From Bacteriovoracia bacterium (GTDB lineage: Bacteria > Bdellovibrionota > UBA1018 > JBFWNL01), in NCBI GenBank assembly GCA_050251055.1, contig JBFWNL010000004.1:96001-160000 (forward strand): 64,000 nucleotides of DNA, in the 5' to 3' direction. Positions 8,930-19,497 of the stretch are shown here, piece by piece (position 1 is the first letter of the stretch; the number at the start of each line of letters is the position of its first letter). Below the pieces are notes generated by a model, which saw only the letters and a list, made by a program, of their open reading frames with translations, had not been told where the DNA came from and made no database searches. The position numbers and the translations under genes are program-made.

Positions 8930-9984
8930 AATCACTCACCACCTACGTCTCGTGGTTACTTATCGGTATGTCCGCCCTCGCGTCTTCGTCTGCTCGCGCG
9001 GACTGGCTCCATCACTACGTCATTATGGGAGACGGTTTTTATCGCGGCATTACGAAGCTGAAAAATGGCCAGCTAAAAGATGAAGAGCAGTCTTCACGAA
9101 TCCGCGCCGCCGCACGAAAACAGGCCCGGTCCGACCGCGAAAACTCCTATCTGATCTATTGGCACGTCGGCGGCGAGAGCAGTATCCTAGAGCTCTATCG
9201 CCATGGTAAGCGCGTGTACTACCGCTACTTCGGAGCCTTGATGGATACGAACGTGACCCTCAGCCCCGTGTCACGCACGGACTTCGCGTACATGCATGAG
9301 CTCACCCACAAACACGGCCTGGTTGGAGAAAACACCCAGCGAAGCCTCTACTTCTACGGGAAGCACGTCGCCGACCCCGGTGCGAATACGCAGTACTTTC
9401 GCAGGCTCTACCGCAAGGACTACTCCCGTACGGATTTAAAAATGGGCGTCGATACCCTGGCGGGCGGAAGGCCGTGGGATTTGCTCATCGTGAATTCCTG
9501 CTTTATGAATGAGCTCGCGTTCCTGTCTGAGCTAGCCTCGTCGGCCAAGCTGATCGTCACGGCCGAGGACGCCGTGCTCAACTCCCCGGGCGTGTTGCCG
9601 ATCTCCACCTCGAACGAGGAAGCGCCCATCGAAATCGCTAGGCGCTTTCAGACCGATAACGCCGCGATCGATCCGCGACTCCTGCGTTTTCTCGTGATCG
9701 ATTCCGAAGAGATCACGCGACTAAAAGCCCAGCTCGGCGACGAAGTATTTCGATTCTCCGCGGACGAGCTTGAAGACAGCGAAGGTCTGAACACGGGGGA
9801 GATCCCGGGCCAGATTCCCAACGTGGGCACCGGCGAGGAGCTGGCATCGCTGAAGTCCGCGATTACCCGCCTGCACGAAGACGGTGAGGTGCCGGCAGAA
9901 AACCTACGGCAGATTCGCGAGCTTTTGCAGACGAATCCCGACCTGGGAAAACTGCGTTTACTCTTGAGTGAACCGCGACCTTAA
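8926..9984 (+). CDS. Secreted clostripain (C11)-like cysteine peptidase, divergent
   Basis: ATG 8926 (MKSLTTYV...ARA signal); DLLIVNSCFMNELAFLSELASSAKLIVTAED resembles the C11 D-x-C-LM...ASEE region. Confidence 0.55.
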   Translation: MKSLTTYVSWLLIGMSALASSSARADWLHHYVIMGDGFYRGITKLKNGQLKDEEQSSRIRAAARKQARSDRENSYLIYWHVGGESSILELYRHGKRVYYRYFGALMDTNVTLSPVSRTDFAYMHELTHKHGLVGENTQRSLYFYGKHVADPGANTQYFRRLYRKDYSRTDLKMGVDTLAGGRPWDLLIVNSCFMNELAFLSELASSAKLIVTAEDAVLNSPGVLPISTSNEEAPIEIARRFQTDNAAIDPRLLRFLVIDSEEITRLKAQLGDEVFRFSADELEDSEGLNTGEIPGQIPNVGTGEELASLKSAITRLHEDGEVPAENLRQIRELLQTNPDLGKLRLLLSEPRP

Positions 9985-12713
9985 CGCCGCTTGGTCTTCG
10001 CGCGCAGCAGGTGCTTCGCGGCCTTGCGCGGATGCTTGATCGCGGCTTGCGCCGCCGCGAGGCGGGCGATCGGCACGCGAAACGGCGAGCAGCTCACGTA
10101 ATCGATACCCAGACGGTGGCAGAAGTCGACCGAAGCCGGGTCGCCGCCGTGTTCGCCGCAAATGCCGATCTTAAGATCCTTGCGTACTTCGCGGCCTTCG
10201 TCGACGGCGTATTTCATAAGGCGGCCCACGCCACCCTCGTCGAGCGAGGCGAAAGGATCGCGCTCGTAGATCTTGTGATCCAGGTAATCTTTCAAAAACA
10301 TCCCCGAGTCGTCGCGCGAAAGGCCATACGTCGTTTGCGTGAGATCGTTCGTTCCGAAGCTGAAGAACTCGCCGTGCTCGGCGATCTTGCCCGCGGTGAG
10401 GGCCGCGCGCGGGAGCTCGATCATGGTGCCCAGGGTGTAATGCACCGACATCTTCTTCCCGGATTTCTCCGAGAATTCAGCGATCACGCGCTCGGCCTCT
10501 TCGCGGCAATAATCAGCGACGAACCTCAGCTCGCGCCAGTCACCCACGAGCGGGATCATGATCTCGGGCTCGACCTTCTGGCCGCCCGCGCGCAACTCGC
10601 AGGCCGCTTCCATGATCGCGCGCACCTGCGTACGGTAAATTTCCGGGAAGCTGATGCCCAGGCGGCAACCACGGTGGCCCAGCATGGGGTTGAATTCCTT
10701 GAGCGTCTCGGCCTTGCGTTTGAACTGCTCAAACGTCACGCCGATTTTCTGAGCCAGCTCTTTGAGGTCTTCATCGCTGTGCGGAATGAACTCGTGCAGC
10801 GGCGGATCGAGCAGGCGGATCGTCACCGGCAGGCCCTTCATTTCCTCGAAGATGCCCAAGAAATCGCCCTTTTGCATGGGCAGGATCTTGCCGAGCGCGC
10901 GCTCGCGGCCTTCATCGCTGTCCGCCAGGATCATCTCGCGCATGGCATCGATGCGATCGGAGTCAAAGAACATGTGCTCGGTTCGGCACAACCCGATGCC
11001 CTCGGCGCCGAACCCGCGCGCTACTTTCGCGTCGTTCGGGGTGTCGGCGTTGGTACGCACGGAAAGCGCGCGCACACCGTCGACCCAGCTCATGATTTCC
11101 GTAAAATACTCGTTCAGCGTCGCGGTAATGGTCGGGACCTTGCCCTTGATCACGTCGCCGGTGGAGCCTTCTAGCGTGATGAACTCGCCTTCTTTCAATA
11201 GCAACGGACCCACGTAGCACTCACGCGCGGACATATTAATCTTCAGCGCGCTGCAACCCGACACACACGGCTTTCCCATGCCGCGCGCGACGACCGCCGC
11301 GTGCGACGTCATCCCGCCGCGGGCGGTAAGAATCCCTTCGGCAACCGACATGCCGTGGATGTCTTCCGGCGAGGTTTCCACGCGCACGAGGATCACTTTT
11401 TTGCCTTCTTTTACCCAGGTCTCGGCTAGATCAGGATCGAATACGATCTGACCCGTCGCCGCGCCCGGCGAGGCGGGCAGGCCCTTGGCTAGAACTTCCT
11501 TCTTCGCCGAAGGATCCAGGCACGGATGCAGGAGCTGGTCGAGCTGGTCCGCGTTCAGCCGTAAAATCGCTTCTTCTTTCGTGATGAGCTTTTCCTTCGC
11601 CATCTCGACGGCGATGCGAATGGCCGCAGCGGCGGTCCGCTTGCCGTTGCGGGTCTGCAGCATGTAAAGCTGACCGCGCTCGATGGTGAACTCGATGTCT
11701 TGCATGTCGCGATAATGCTTTTCGAGATTCTTATAGACCTTCACCAGCTCTTTGTAGGCCTTGGGCATGTAGGACTCCAAGGTCATCTCGGCCTTGGCGC
11801 CCGGAATACGGGAAGCCTCGTTAATGGGCTGCGGATCACGAATGCCCGCGACCACGTCTTCGCCCTGTGCGTTCACGAGAAATTCGCCAAAGAATTTTTT
11901 CTCGCCGGTCGACGGATCGCGCGTGAAGGCTACGCCCGTGGCGCAGTCATTGCCCATATTGCCAAACACCATGGCCTGCACGTTCACGGCCGTGCCCCAG
12001 TGCTCGGGAATGCCATTCAGGCGACGGTAAGTGATTGCGCGCGAACTCATCCAGGAGCCGAACACGGCACCCGCGGCACCCCAGAGCTGCTCCCACGGAT
12101 CTTCCGGAAACTGCTTGCCGTTCGTGCGGACGATTTCCTTGTAGTGCGCGACGAGGGCTTTGAGGTCTCCCGCCGTGAGCTCGGTATCTTGCACGACTCC
12201 GCGCTGGTCCTTCATTTCTTCCAATACCGCTTCGAAGTGATTGACGTGGATACCGAGCACGACGTCAGAGTACATCGCGATAAAGCGGCGATAAGAATCG
12301 TAACTAAAGCGCTCGTCTTTGGATTCTTCGATTAGGCCCTGCACGGTTTCGTCATTCAAGCCCAGGTTCAAAATCGTGTCCATCATGCCCGGCATCGAAG
12401 CGGGGGCGCCGGACCGCACGGAAACAAGCAGCGGGTGTTTGCGCGCGCCGAACTTGCGGCCCATCTGCTTTTCTACCTTCGCCAAAGCCGTCCGCACCTG
12501 GGCCTCGAGGCCCTTCGGATAAGTGCGTTTATTTCCGTAAAAGTATGTGCAAACTTCGGTCGAAATGGTGAAACCCGGAGGCACCGGCAAACCCAAGCGG
12601 GTCATGCCATGCAGATTGGCGCCCTTGCCCCCCAGCAGATCCTTGCGCGTCTCGACCCCTTCGGCTTTTCCGCCGCCGAAGGCGTAGACGAACTTCCCTT
12701 TATTTCCAGCCAT
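9981..12713 (-). CDS. ppdK: Pyruvate, phosphate dikinase
   Basis: [16 protein letters not shown], phospho-His [33 protein letters not shown]; start MAGNKGKF at 12713 overlaps glyQS end by 14 nt. Confidence 0.97.
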   Translation of the reverse strand: MAGNKGKFVYAFGGGKAEGVETRKDLLGGKGANLHGMTRLGLPVPPGFTISTEVCTYFYGNKRTYPKGLEAQVRTALAKVEKQMGRKFGARKHPLLVSVRSGAPASMPGMMDTILNLGLNDETVQGLIEESKDERFSYDSYRRFIAMYSDVVLGIHVNHFEAVLEEMKDQRGVVQDTELTAGDLKALVAHYKEIVRTNGKQFPEDPWEQLWGAAGAVFGSWMSSRAITYRRLNGIPEHWGTAVNVQAMVFGNMGNDCATGVAFTRDPSTGEKKFFGEFLVNAQGEDVVAGIRDPQPINEASRIPGAKAEMTLESYMPKAYKELVKVYKNLEKHYRDMQDIEFTIERGQLYMLQTRNGKRTAAAAIRIAVEMAKEKLITKEEAILRLNADQLDQLLHPCLDPSAKKEVLAKGLPASPGAATGQIVFDPDLAETWVKEGKKVILVRVETSPEDIHGMSVAEGILTARGGMTSHAAVVARGMGKPCVSGCSALKINMSARECYVGPLLLKEGEFITLEGSTGDVIKGKVPTITATLNEYFTEIMSWVDGVRALSVRTNADTPNDAKVARGFGAEGIGLCRTEHMFFDSDRIDAMREMILADSDEGRERALGKILPMQKGDFLGIFEEMKGLPVTIRLLDPPLHEFIPHSDEDLKELAQKIGVTFEQFKRKAETLKEFNPMLGHRGCRLGISFPEIYRTQVRAIMEAACELRAGGQKVEPEIMIPLVGDWRELRFVADYCREEAERVIAEFSEKSGKKMSVHYTLGTMIELPRAALTAGKIAEHGEFFSFGTNDLTQTTYGLSRDDSGMFLKDYLDHKIYERDPFASLDEGGVGRLMKYAVDEGREVRKDLKIGICGEHGGDPASVDFCHRLGIDYVSCSPFRVPIARLAAAQAAIKHPRKAAKHLLRAKTKRR

Positions 12714-14073
12714 CGATTTTGTCGGAGAGGTAGCCGCAGATTTTTTCGGCAGGGACTTTTTCTTGTTCCATGCTGTCGCGGTGGCGGACGGTGACGGTGT
12801 GTTGCGAGATACTGTCATAGTCGATCGTGACTCCGAACGGGGTGCCGATTTCATCTTGCCGCCGGTACCGTTTGCCGATCGACCCCGAATCATCGGTGGT
12901 GGCCCGGAAGCGTTTCTGCACGTCTGCGAAAACCTTGTCCGCGTACTCCGCGAGCTCCGGCTTCTTCATCAGCGGGTAAACCGCGACTTGGTAAGGGGAG
13001 AGGCGGGGATGCATGGCGAGCCACGTACGCTCGCCGTCGGTGCGGTAGGCATCGGCCAGGATCACGAGGAGGCTTCGGTCGCAGCCGGCCGAGGTTTCCA
13101 CCACGTACGGGACGTAGCGTTCCTTGGCGGCCTCGTCGAAGTACTCCTGTTTCTTGCCGGAAAATTCCTGGTGCTGCTTTAGATCGAAGTCGGAGCGGTT
13201 ATGGATGCCCTCGAGCTCCTGCCAGCCGAACGGGAATTCGTACTGAATGTCAAACGCGGCTTTCGCGTAGTGGGCGAGCTCGCCGTCCTTGTGCTGGTGG
13301 AACTTGAGCTTTTCCTTGCGGATGCCGTTATCCAGATGCCACTGGATGCGGATCTGCTTCCACTTCTCGAACCAATCCATGTCCGTGCCGGGCTTCACGA
13401 AGAACTGCATTTCCATCTGCTCGAACTCGCGCGTGCGGAAAATAAAATTACCGGGCGTGATCTCGTTGCGGAAAGCCTTGCCGATCTGGGCGATGCCGAA
13501 CGGCACCTTCTGGCGCATGGACTGCTGCACATTTTGAAAATTAACGTAGATGCCTTGGGCGGTCTCGGGGCGAAGATAAACGATCGCCTGCGAGTCTTCC
13601 AAGGGACCCATGAAGGTCTTGAACATCAGGTTGAACTGGCGCGCCTCCGTGAGCTGCGCCTGATCGCACTTCGGGCACTTCTTGCGCTTCATCAGCTCGG
13701 GATCGATTTGATCGGCGCGGAAGCGGGCCTTGCAGTTTTTGCAATCAACGAGCGGATCGACGAAGCCCGCGACGTGACCGGAGGCTTCCCAGACACGTGG
13801 GTGCATGAGGATCGCGGCATCCAACCCTTCGACGTCGGGGCGATCGCACATCGAACGCCACCAGCGGTCCTTCACGTTGTGCTTGAGCGCGACCCCCAAG
13901 GGACCGTAGTCCCAACACGCGTTCACGCCGCCGTAAATCTCGGACGACGGGAAAACAAAACCCCGGCGTTTACAAAGCGATACGAGGTCCGCCATGTCTT
14001 TCAGGTCAGTCACGGGACCCTTGGGTTTACTAGCTGTTTCTTCTTTGGATTCAGGGGTGTCGTTTGGAGTCAT
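12700..14073 (-). CDS. glyQS: Glycine--tRNA ligase, homodimeric alpha2 type
   Basis: [22 protein letters not shown], motif 2 [19 protein letters not shown], anticodon domain [16 protein letters not shown]; start approximate (MTPND). Confidence 0.95.
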   Translation of the reverse strand: MTPNDTPESKEETASKPKGPVTDLKDMADLVSLCKRRGFVFPSSEIYGGVNACWDYGPLGVALKHNVKDRWWRSMCDRPDVEGLDAAILMHPRVWEASGHVAGFVDPLVDCKNCKARFRADQIDPELMKRKKCPKCDQAQLTEARQFNLMFKTFMGPLEDSQAIVYLRPETAQGIYVNFQNVQQSMRQKVPFGIAQIGKAFRNEITPGNFIFRTREFEQMEMQFFVKPGTDMDWFEKWKQIRIQWHLDNGIRKEKLKFHQHKDGELAHYAKAAFDIQYEFPFGWQELEGIHNRSDFDLKQHQEFSGKKQEYFDEAAKERYVPYVVETSAGCDRSLLVILADAYRTDGERTWLAMHPRLSPYQVAVYPLMKKPELAEYADKVFADVQKRFRATTDDSGSIGKRYRRQDEIGTPFGVTIDYDSISQHTVTVRHRDSMEQEKVPAEKICGYLSDKIDGWK

Positions 14074-14263
14074 CACGCAGCAATGGGGATAACATCCGGC
14101 CGAAAACCCGGCAATGAAATCTCCAATTTGAGTCTTTTTATCGGGTAAGTTTTCCGGCATTTTTTTCCGGTGTGAATGACTTCGCCCCGAACGCGTCGCG
14201 CTTCGCGCGCGTTTCCAGAAAATCGCCCTTTTCGTTTTCGCTTGAGTGCTGGAAAATAGGGAA

Positions 14264-15868
14264 GTGAACCTCTTACGCGCGTGCTGGTTAGCCATCTTCA
14301 TCGGATGTGTATTCGCGTCGGCGGCCACCGACACTTCGACCACCCTACGTTTCCGTCTGACCGGCGACCCCGCCACCCTGGACTGGAACCTCGCGCACTC
14401 GTCGCTCGACAACTACTTCATCATGAACCTGATGGAAGGCCTGGTCGAGCTGGGATCCGACCTGAAACCCCGCCCCGCGCTCGCCGAAAAATGGGAAATC
14501 TCCGAGGACGGGAAAACCTACCGTTTCTTCCTGAAACCCAATATCAAGTGGTCGGACGGGAAACCCTTGCACGCCCAGGAATTCGTGGACTCCTGGCTGC
14601 GGCTGCTCAGCCCGAAAACGAAATCCAACTACGCTTCGTTCCTATTTGGCATCGAAAACGCCCAGCGCTTTCACGAGGGCAAGCTCAAGGACGCCGCCCA
14701 GGTCGGCATCAAGGCGCTCGACGCGAACCGTCTCGAGGTGAAGCTCGCGCGGCCCGTGCCTTACTTCCTGCACATGCCAAGCTTCTGGGTTACCTTTCCG
14801 ATCCGCCTGGACCTCATCAAAAAACACGGGTCAAACTGGACGAAACCCAAAAAACTCGTCACCCTGGGGCCCTACCTGCTCGACGCATGGGAAAAAGGCA
14901 AGGCGCTGCGGCTAAAGAAAAACCCGGGTTACCACGCCCCACTGGCCGCGGGTACCCCGGACGTAACCGAGATCGTTTTCCTACGCGACGACGAGAAGGC
15001 GCGCGAGCAGTTCAGGAAAAATGAAACTAATATCTTTCTGGACGCGACGACCGAGGACCTGCTCAACACCAAGCAAGCGGTAAGGCCCGCGACGATCAAG
15101 CAGTACACGTACCTTTCGACTTATTACCTGGGCTTCAATCTAAAACACCCCATGGGAAAAAATCCGCACCTGCGTAAGGCGTTCTACGCGGCCATCCACC
15201 GCGGGCAGATCCCCGCGGTCCTGCAAGGCGGACAAATCGCCGCCACGGGTTGGATCCCACCCGGGATGCTCGGCCACCGCTCGGCACCTTCCTTCAAAGA
15301 ATCACTCTTCGAGGCGCGCGCCGCGCTCGTGAAAGCGGGCTACCCCGAGGGCCGCGGCCTAGGCAAGGTGCCCGTCTGGATCGAAAACTTCGACGGCGCG
15401 AAGAAGCTTTCCGCGCACCTCATCCAGTTTTTCCACGATCAAATTGGGGTGGAGATCGAGACCTCGTTCGGCACCACCGCCGAATACCAGGCCGCCATCC
15501 GCCAGGGAAAAGTCGCCGTCTTTGTCGGTCACTGGGGCGCCGACTTTCCGGATCCCGCTAACTTCTTCGAAGTGTTCGTGAAGGGAAGCGGCAACAACCA
15601 CACCGGTTGGAGCAATGACAAGTACGACGCGCTCGTCGAGAAGGCCGGCAGCATCGCCAGCGAGGAAGAACGCGCGCGACTGTACCAGGAAGCGGAGGCG
15701 ATCCTCACGGACCAGGAGAACGTCGTCTTGCCGCTTTTTTACCGCAAGAACAGCCTGCTACTGGGGCCGGCCATCGAAAGCATGGAAATTTCGCCGCTGA
15801 ACTACCTATTTCTGAAGACGGTAGCTATGAAACAGTCGGGAGAACAACCAAAAGGGGCCCACCAGTAG
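14264..15868 (+). CDS. oppA: Oligopeptide ABC transporter substrate-binding protein (OppA-like, SBP family 5)
   Basis: Signal peptide, [37 protein letters not shown]; GTG start chosen. Confidence 0.9.
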   Translation: MNLLRACWLAIFIGCVFASAATDTSTTLRFRLTGDPATLDWNLAHSSLDNYFIMNLMEGLVELGSDLKPRPALAEKWEISEDGKTYRFFLKPNIKWSDGKPLHAQEFVDSWLRLLSPKTKSNYASFLFGIENAQRFHEGKLKDAAQVGIKALDANRLEVKLARPVPYFLHMPSFWVTFPIRLDLIKKHGSNWTKPKKLVTLGPYLLDAWEKGKALRLKKNPGYHAPLAAGTPDVTEIVFLRDDEKAREQFRKNETNIFLDATTEDLLNTKQAVRPATIKQYTYLSTYYLGFNLKHPMGKNPHLRKAFYAAIHRGQIPAVLQGGQIAATGWIPPGMLGHRSAPSFKESLFEARAALVKAGYPEGRGLGKVPVWIENFDGAKKLSAHLIQFFHDQIGVEIETSFGTTAEYQAAIRQGKVAVFVGHWGADFPDPANFFEVFVKGSGNNHTGWSNDKYDALVEKAGSIASEEERARLYQEAEAILTDQENVVLPLFYRKNSLLLGPAIESMEISPLNYLFLKTVAMKQSGEQPKGAHQ

Positions 15869-16252
15869 CTGCTTGAGGTTGGTGAAGAACGCGGGCGAGC
15901 GCTTTTCGAAGTAATAGTGCCCGAAGATTTGGAAAAACCACCCTAATCCAAAGAGCACCCAAAGCACCGGTAAGGAAAGCTCGCGGCTGCCCGCATACAA
16001 AACGAAAACCACCAGGGAGAACGGCGCTCCCAGCTTCCAATCCAATACCAGATAATAAACCGTCGCCACGCCCCAGAGCAGGAGCGCGAAATCCAGCGGC
16101 GGCACGAGCGGCAACCGGGCCAGCAAACCCAGCAGCGAAATCATCACGAGCGGAATGCCAATCCAATGACAGCGCTCGTTGCCCTCGGTCCGGTGGCAAA
16201 CTTCGTAACTCGCGAACGTTTTGCGCAAAGCTTGAGATGGTCCCATATTCAT
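15806..16252 (-). CDS. DUF962/Mpo1-like membrane protein
   Basis: Y..CH..GN..CH.IGIP and FQIFGHYYFEKRSPAF motifs; start at 16252 or 16246. Confidence 0.85.
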   Translation of the reverse strand: MNMGPSQALRKTFASYEVCHRTEGNERCHWIGIPLVMISLLGLLARLPLVPPLDFALLLWGVATVYYLVLDWKLGAPFSLVVFVLYAGSRELSLPVLWVLFGLGWFFQIFGHYYFEKRSPAFFTNLKQLLVGPFWLFSRLFHSYRLQK

Positions 16253-16266
16253 CTTAAACTGAATAT

Positions 16267-16818
16267 ATGTCACAACCCCCCGCGAGTCGATACTTTAGGC
16301 CAGGACAGCACCTTTTCAAGGAGGGCGATCCTTCGAAAGCCATGTTCTTAATTCAAAAGGGAACGGTGGCGATCCGCAAGATGAAGGGAAACGGCTTCGT
16401 CGACCTCGCGAAGATCTACCCTAACGAGGTGATCGGCGAGCTTTCGTTCTTCGATCGGGCGCCGCGCAGCGCCTCCGCCATCGCCCTCACCGAAGTCGAG
16501 GTCATGGAAATCGCCTTCGACTCCCTCGATAAAACATTCAAGACGGTACCGCCTTACTTCCGCTCGATCCTCACCTGCGTGGCGGACCGCATGCGCAAAG
16601 CGAACGAAACCATCCGCCGCCTGCAAAAAAACCTGGTCACGGAAAAGGAAGGCGTGGTGAATCACGCGGGCAGCGCGCCCGACGACGACGACAATCTCAA
16701 CACGGCGGCGATCCTGGCGGCCGTCGGAGACGCGGCCGATGCTCCCGCGAAGCCCGCGGGCTCGCCGGACGCTTCCGACGGAGAGGGTGGCGAACCCACC
16801 GGTTCGGGCGCCGTCTAA
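16267..16818 (+). CDS. Cyclic-nucleotide-binding domain protein with acidic tail (no HTH)
   Basis: LFKEGD, IGELSFFDRAPRSASA phosphate-binding cassette; D/A/G-rich C-terminus. Confidence 0.85.
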   Translation: MSQPPASRYFRPGQHLFKEGDPSKAMFLIQKGTVAIRKMKGNGFVDLAKIYPNEVIGELSFFDRAPRSASAIALTEVEVMEIAFDSLDKTFKTVPPYFRSILTCVADRMRKANETIRRLQKNLVTEKEGVVNHAGSAPDDDDNLNTAAILAAVGDAADAPAKPAGSPDASDGEGGEPTGSGAV

Positions 16819-16832
16819 TCGACCCAAAAAAA

Positions 16833-17297
16833 CTAAACGCCGAGCTGGCGGATTCCTTCGTAGACGACGATGCTCACGGTGTTGGAGAGATTGAGTGAAC
16901 GCACGCGCGCATCATACATGGGCACGCGCAACGACTCGGCCGTATAGCGGTTCACGATCCAATCGGGTAGCCCCATCGTTTCCTTGCCGAAGATGAAGTA
17001 GGTTCCGGGCTGGATGGCGTGATCGTACAAAAGACGGCCCGCCTTCTTGGAAAAAAAAACCTTAGGCGCGTTCGGCGGTAGCGATTGTAGAAACGCTTCG
17101 GCGCTCGCGTGCTCGACCACCTTCAGGTGCTCCCAATAGTCCAGGCCCGCACGGCGCAGGGATTTTTCATCGATCGAAAATCCCAAGGGATGCACCAAAT
17201 GCAAGGTCGTACCGGTCGCCAAGCAGAGGCGGCCAATGGATCCCGTGTTCGGCGGGATTTCGGGCTCGATCAGTACGACGTGAAAATCATGCGGCAT
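16833..17297 (-). CDS. trmL: tRNA (cytidine(34)-2'-O)-methyltransferase
   Basis: PEIPPNTGSIGRLC, RAGLDYW, FGKET.GLP, RSLNLSN. Confidence 0.95.
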   Translation of the reverse strand: MPHDFHVVLIEPEIPPNTGSIGRLCLATGTTLHLVHPLGFSIDEKSLRRAGLDYWEHLKVVEHASAEAFLQSLPPNAPKVFFSKKAGRLLYDHAIQPGTYFIFGKETMGLPDWIVNRYTAESLRVPMYDARVRSLNLSNTVSIVVYEGIRQLGV

Positions 17298-17313
17298 GAA
17301 AACTCCTCGGCGA

Positions 17314-18636
17314 CTAAGGGCGTAGGGTGTTCATCATGCGCGGGAACGGAATCGTCTCGCGCACGTGCGGCACCCCCGTGATCCACGCCACGGTACGCTC
17401 CACGCCCAGGCCGAAACCCGCGTGCGGAACCGACCCGTATCGGCGCAAGTCCATATACCAGCCGTACTCCTTGCGATCGAGCTTGTGCTCATCAATGCGC
17501 TTTTGGAGGATATCCAGGCGCTCCTCGCGCTGGCCGCCACCGATCACCTCGCCGTAGCCATCGGGCGCAATCAGATCACACCCCAGCGCGTACTTACCCT
17601 CTCCGTCGGGGCTCTCGAGCGAGTCCGGCGAGTGCGAGCGCTTGAAATAGAAAGCTTTGATCTCGGCCGGCATGTGGTGCAGGAAAACAGGTTTACCGAA
17701 TTCCTCGCCGAGCGCGGTCTCGTGGGGGGCGCCCAGGTCCTCACCCCAGGGAATCGGCACGCCGCGCTTCTCGAGGATCTTCAAAGCCTCGTCGTAGCTG
17801 ATGCGCGGGAAGGGGCCTTTGATCTTTTCCAGCAGCTTCACGTCGCGCTCGAGCGTCGCCAGCTCCGGTCCGCAGCGGGAAACCACGGTCTGCACGACAT
17901 TTTCCACGAAGGCCTCGCCGAGCGCCATGTTGTCGTTCAGATCGGCATAAGCGACCTCCGGCTCCACCATCCAGAATTCAGTGAGATGTTTTCGGGTCTT
18001 GGACTTTTCCGCGCGGAAGGTCGGGCCAAAAACGTAAATCTTGCCGAACGCCATCGCACCCACTTCGCCATAAAGCTGACCCGACTGAGTAAGAAAAGCT
18101 TTTTCGTCAAAATAGTTAGTGCCAAAGAGCGTGGAGGTGCCCTCGCACGAGTTGGCCGTCAAGATGGGCGCATCGAAATGTACGAAGCCCCGATCCTGGA
18201 AAAACTCATGGATGGCGCGAATCACCTGCGAGCGCACGCGCAGCGCGGCCCACTGCTTGGAGCTGCGGATCCACAGATGGCGGTTCTCCATTAAAAATTC
18301 CACGCCGTGATCCTTTGGAGAAATGGGATACGCTTCGGCGACGGAAACGAGCTTCATCTCGCGGGCCGACATCTCGTAACCGCCGGGCGAGCGTGGTTCT
18401 TTCTTGAGGATACCCGTTACTTCGACCGCCGATTCCTGCGTGGCCTTATCGAAGAGATCGAAGGCCGCGTCGGAGGCCTCACCGCGGAAGAGCACGCATT
18501 GCATGATGCCCGTGCCGTCCCGCATGATCAAGAAGGCCAATTTTTTCCCCGAGGCTCGTTTCTGGTAAACCCAGCCTTTGACCGTGACGGTCTGTCCGTC
18601 AAACTTCGCCGCGTCCTGAATAAAAAAACGATCCAT
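17314..18636 (-). CDS. asnS: Asparagine--tRNA ligase
   Basis: OB fold GWV, LTQSGQLY, GPTFRAEKSKTRKHLTEFWMVEPE, WYMDLRRYGSVPHAGFGLG. Confidence 0.96.
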   Translation of the reverse strand: MDRFFIQDAAKFDGQTVTVKGWVYQKRASGKKLAFLIMRDGTGIMQCVLFRGEASDAAFDLFDKATQESAVEVTGILKKEPRSPGGYEMSAREMKLVSVAEAYPISPKDHGVEFLMENRHLWIRSSKQWAALRVRSQVIRAIHEFFQDRGFVHFDAPILTANSCEGTSTLFGTNYFDEKAFLTQSGQLYGEVGAMAFGKIYVFGPTFRAEKSKTRKHLTEFWMVEPEVAYADLNDNMALGEAFVENVVQTVVSRCGPELATLERDVKLLEKIKGPFPRISYDEALKILEKRGVPIPWGEDLGAPHETALGEEFGKPVFLHHMPAEIKAFYFKRSHSPDSLESPDGEGKYALGCDLIAPDGYGEVIGGGQREERLDILQKRIDEHKLDRKEYGWYMDLRRYGSVPHAGFGLGVERTVAWITGVPHVRETIPFPRMMNTLRP

Positions 18637-18654
18637 ACGACTCCCTACTTCTCC

Positions 18655-19497
18655 CTACGCGGCGCCGGCAATTGCACGACGGCGCACGTAGAGGCAAAAA
18701 ACAAAAAACAACGCGATTTGCACGGCCACCGCGGCCGCTCCCGCCGACGGCGGACCACCGCCGCGGTCGTCCCCGGTCATCGCCTCAGTCACCGCCAACG
18801 ATCCGCAACCCATAAAGCCGGAGCCGAACTCCGAACGGGGATATAAATAAGCCACGGCGTCGATGTCGTCCTGGGCCAGTGCGAGCTGGTTCTTCTGACT
18901 CGCGCTGAAATACATCAAGGCCTTCTCCTCGGCACTATGGCCAAAACCCAGCGCGTGGCCAATCTCGTGCGCGATAACGACCGCGACGATGGCGGGGTTG
19001 GAGGCATACAACGTCTGCAAGTTGGCCGCCTTGCCAGACTCGAAGTTCAGAAATACGGCCCCGTAATTGACGTGCAGCTGCCCGTCAGCGTCGATTTTTG
19101 TGATGCCAGGAATATTGGCGCTATCGTTGCCGGTGGAGCCCGCAAGCGTGTCGATGATCGCGGACATATTCGACGTGCACAAAAGCAGGGGCCCATCGGT
19201 GACGGTGCTCGAGGCAGTGCTCGCCGCCGCCGCGGCCGGAGTGGTCGTGGACGAGGTTCCACGCACGAGTTTCAATCCCGAATTCGGCACGCTATTCCAA
19301 AGCGCGATGGCCACATCGATCTGCGCGTTGAGCTCGGACTGGAAATTCGTGCATCCGGAGTAATTGATATTGAATGTGATCTCGGAATTCGACCAACCTT
19401 GCAGGGCGCTGCTGCCGTTCAAGGTGAACGCATTCGCCGAACCACCGCTCGCCAGGTAAAGCGTCCCCAACACCGAAATCAATCGGCTAAATCGCAT
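18655..19497 (-). CDS. Matrixin-family (M10/metzincin) zinc metalloprotease with C-terminal Cys-TM-basic tail
   Basis: Signal peptide, HEIGHALGFGH zinc motif, Met-turn ALM, DDIDAVAYLYP; tail GCGSL...TM...RRR. Confidence 0.85.
   Translation of the reverse strand: MRFSRLISVLGTLYLASGGSANAFTLNGSSALQGWSNSEITFNINYSGCTNFQSELNAQIDVAIALWNSVPNSGLKLVRGTSSTTTPAAAAASTASSTVTDGPLLLCTSNMSAIIDTLAGSTGNDSANIPGITKIDADGQLHVNYGAVFLNFESGKAANLQTLYASNPAIVAVVIAHEIGHALGFGHSAEEKALMYFSASQKNQLALAQDDIDAVAYLYPRSEFGSGFMGCGSLAVTEAMTGDDRGGGPPSAGAAAVAVQIALFFVFCLYVRRRAIAGAA

Noticed and set aside
12714-12893. 60-aa N-terminal extension of PpdK (and ORF-track extensions of glyQS, lepA, 8710 ORF, ugd, flagellin 2)
   Set aside because: These overlap neighbouring genes or promoters; downstream starts fit homolog lengths, and in most cases SD sites.
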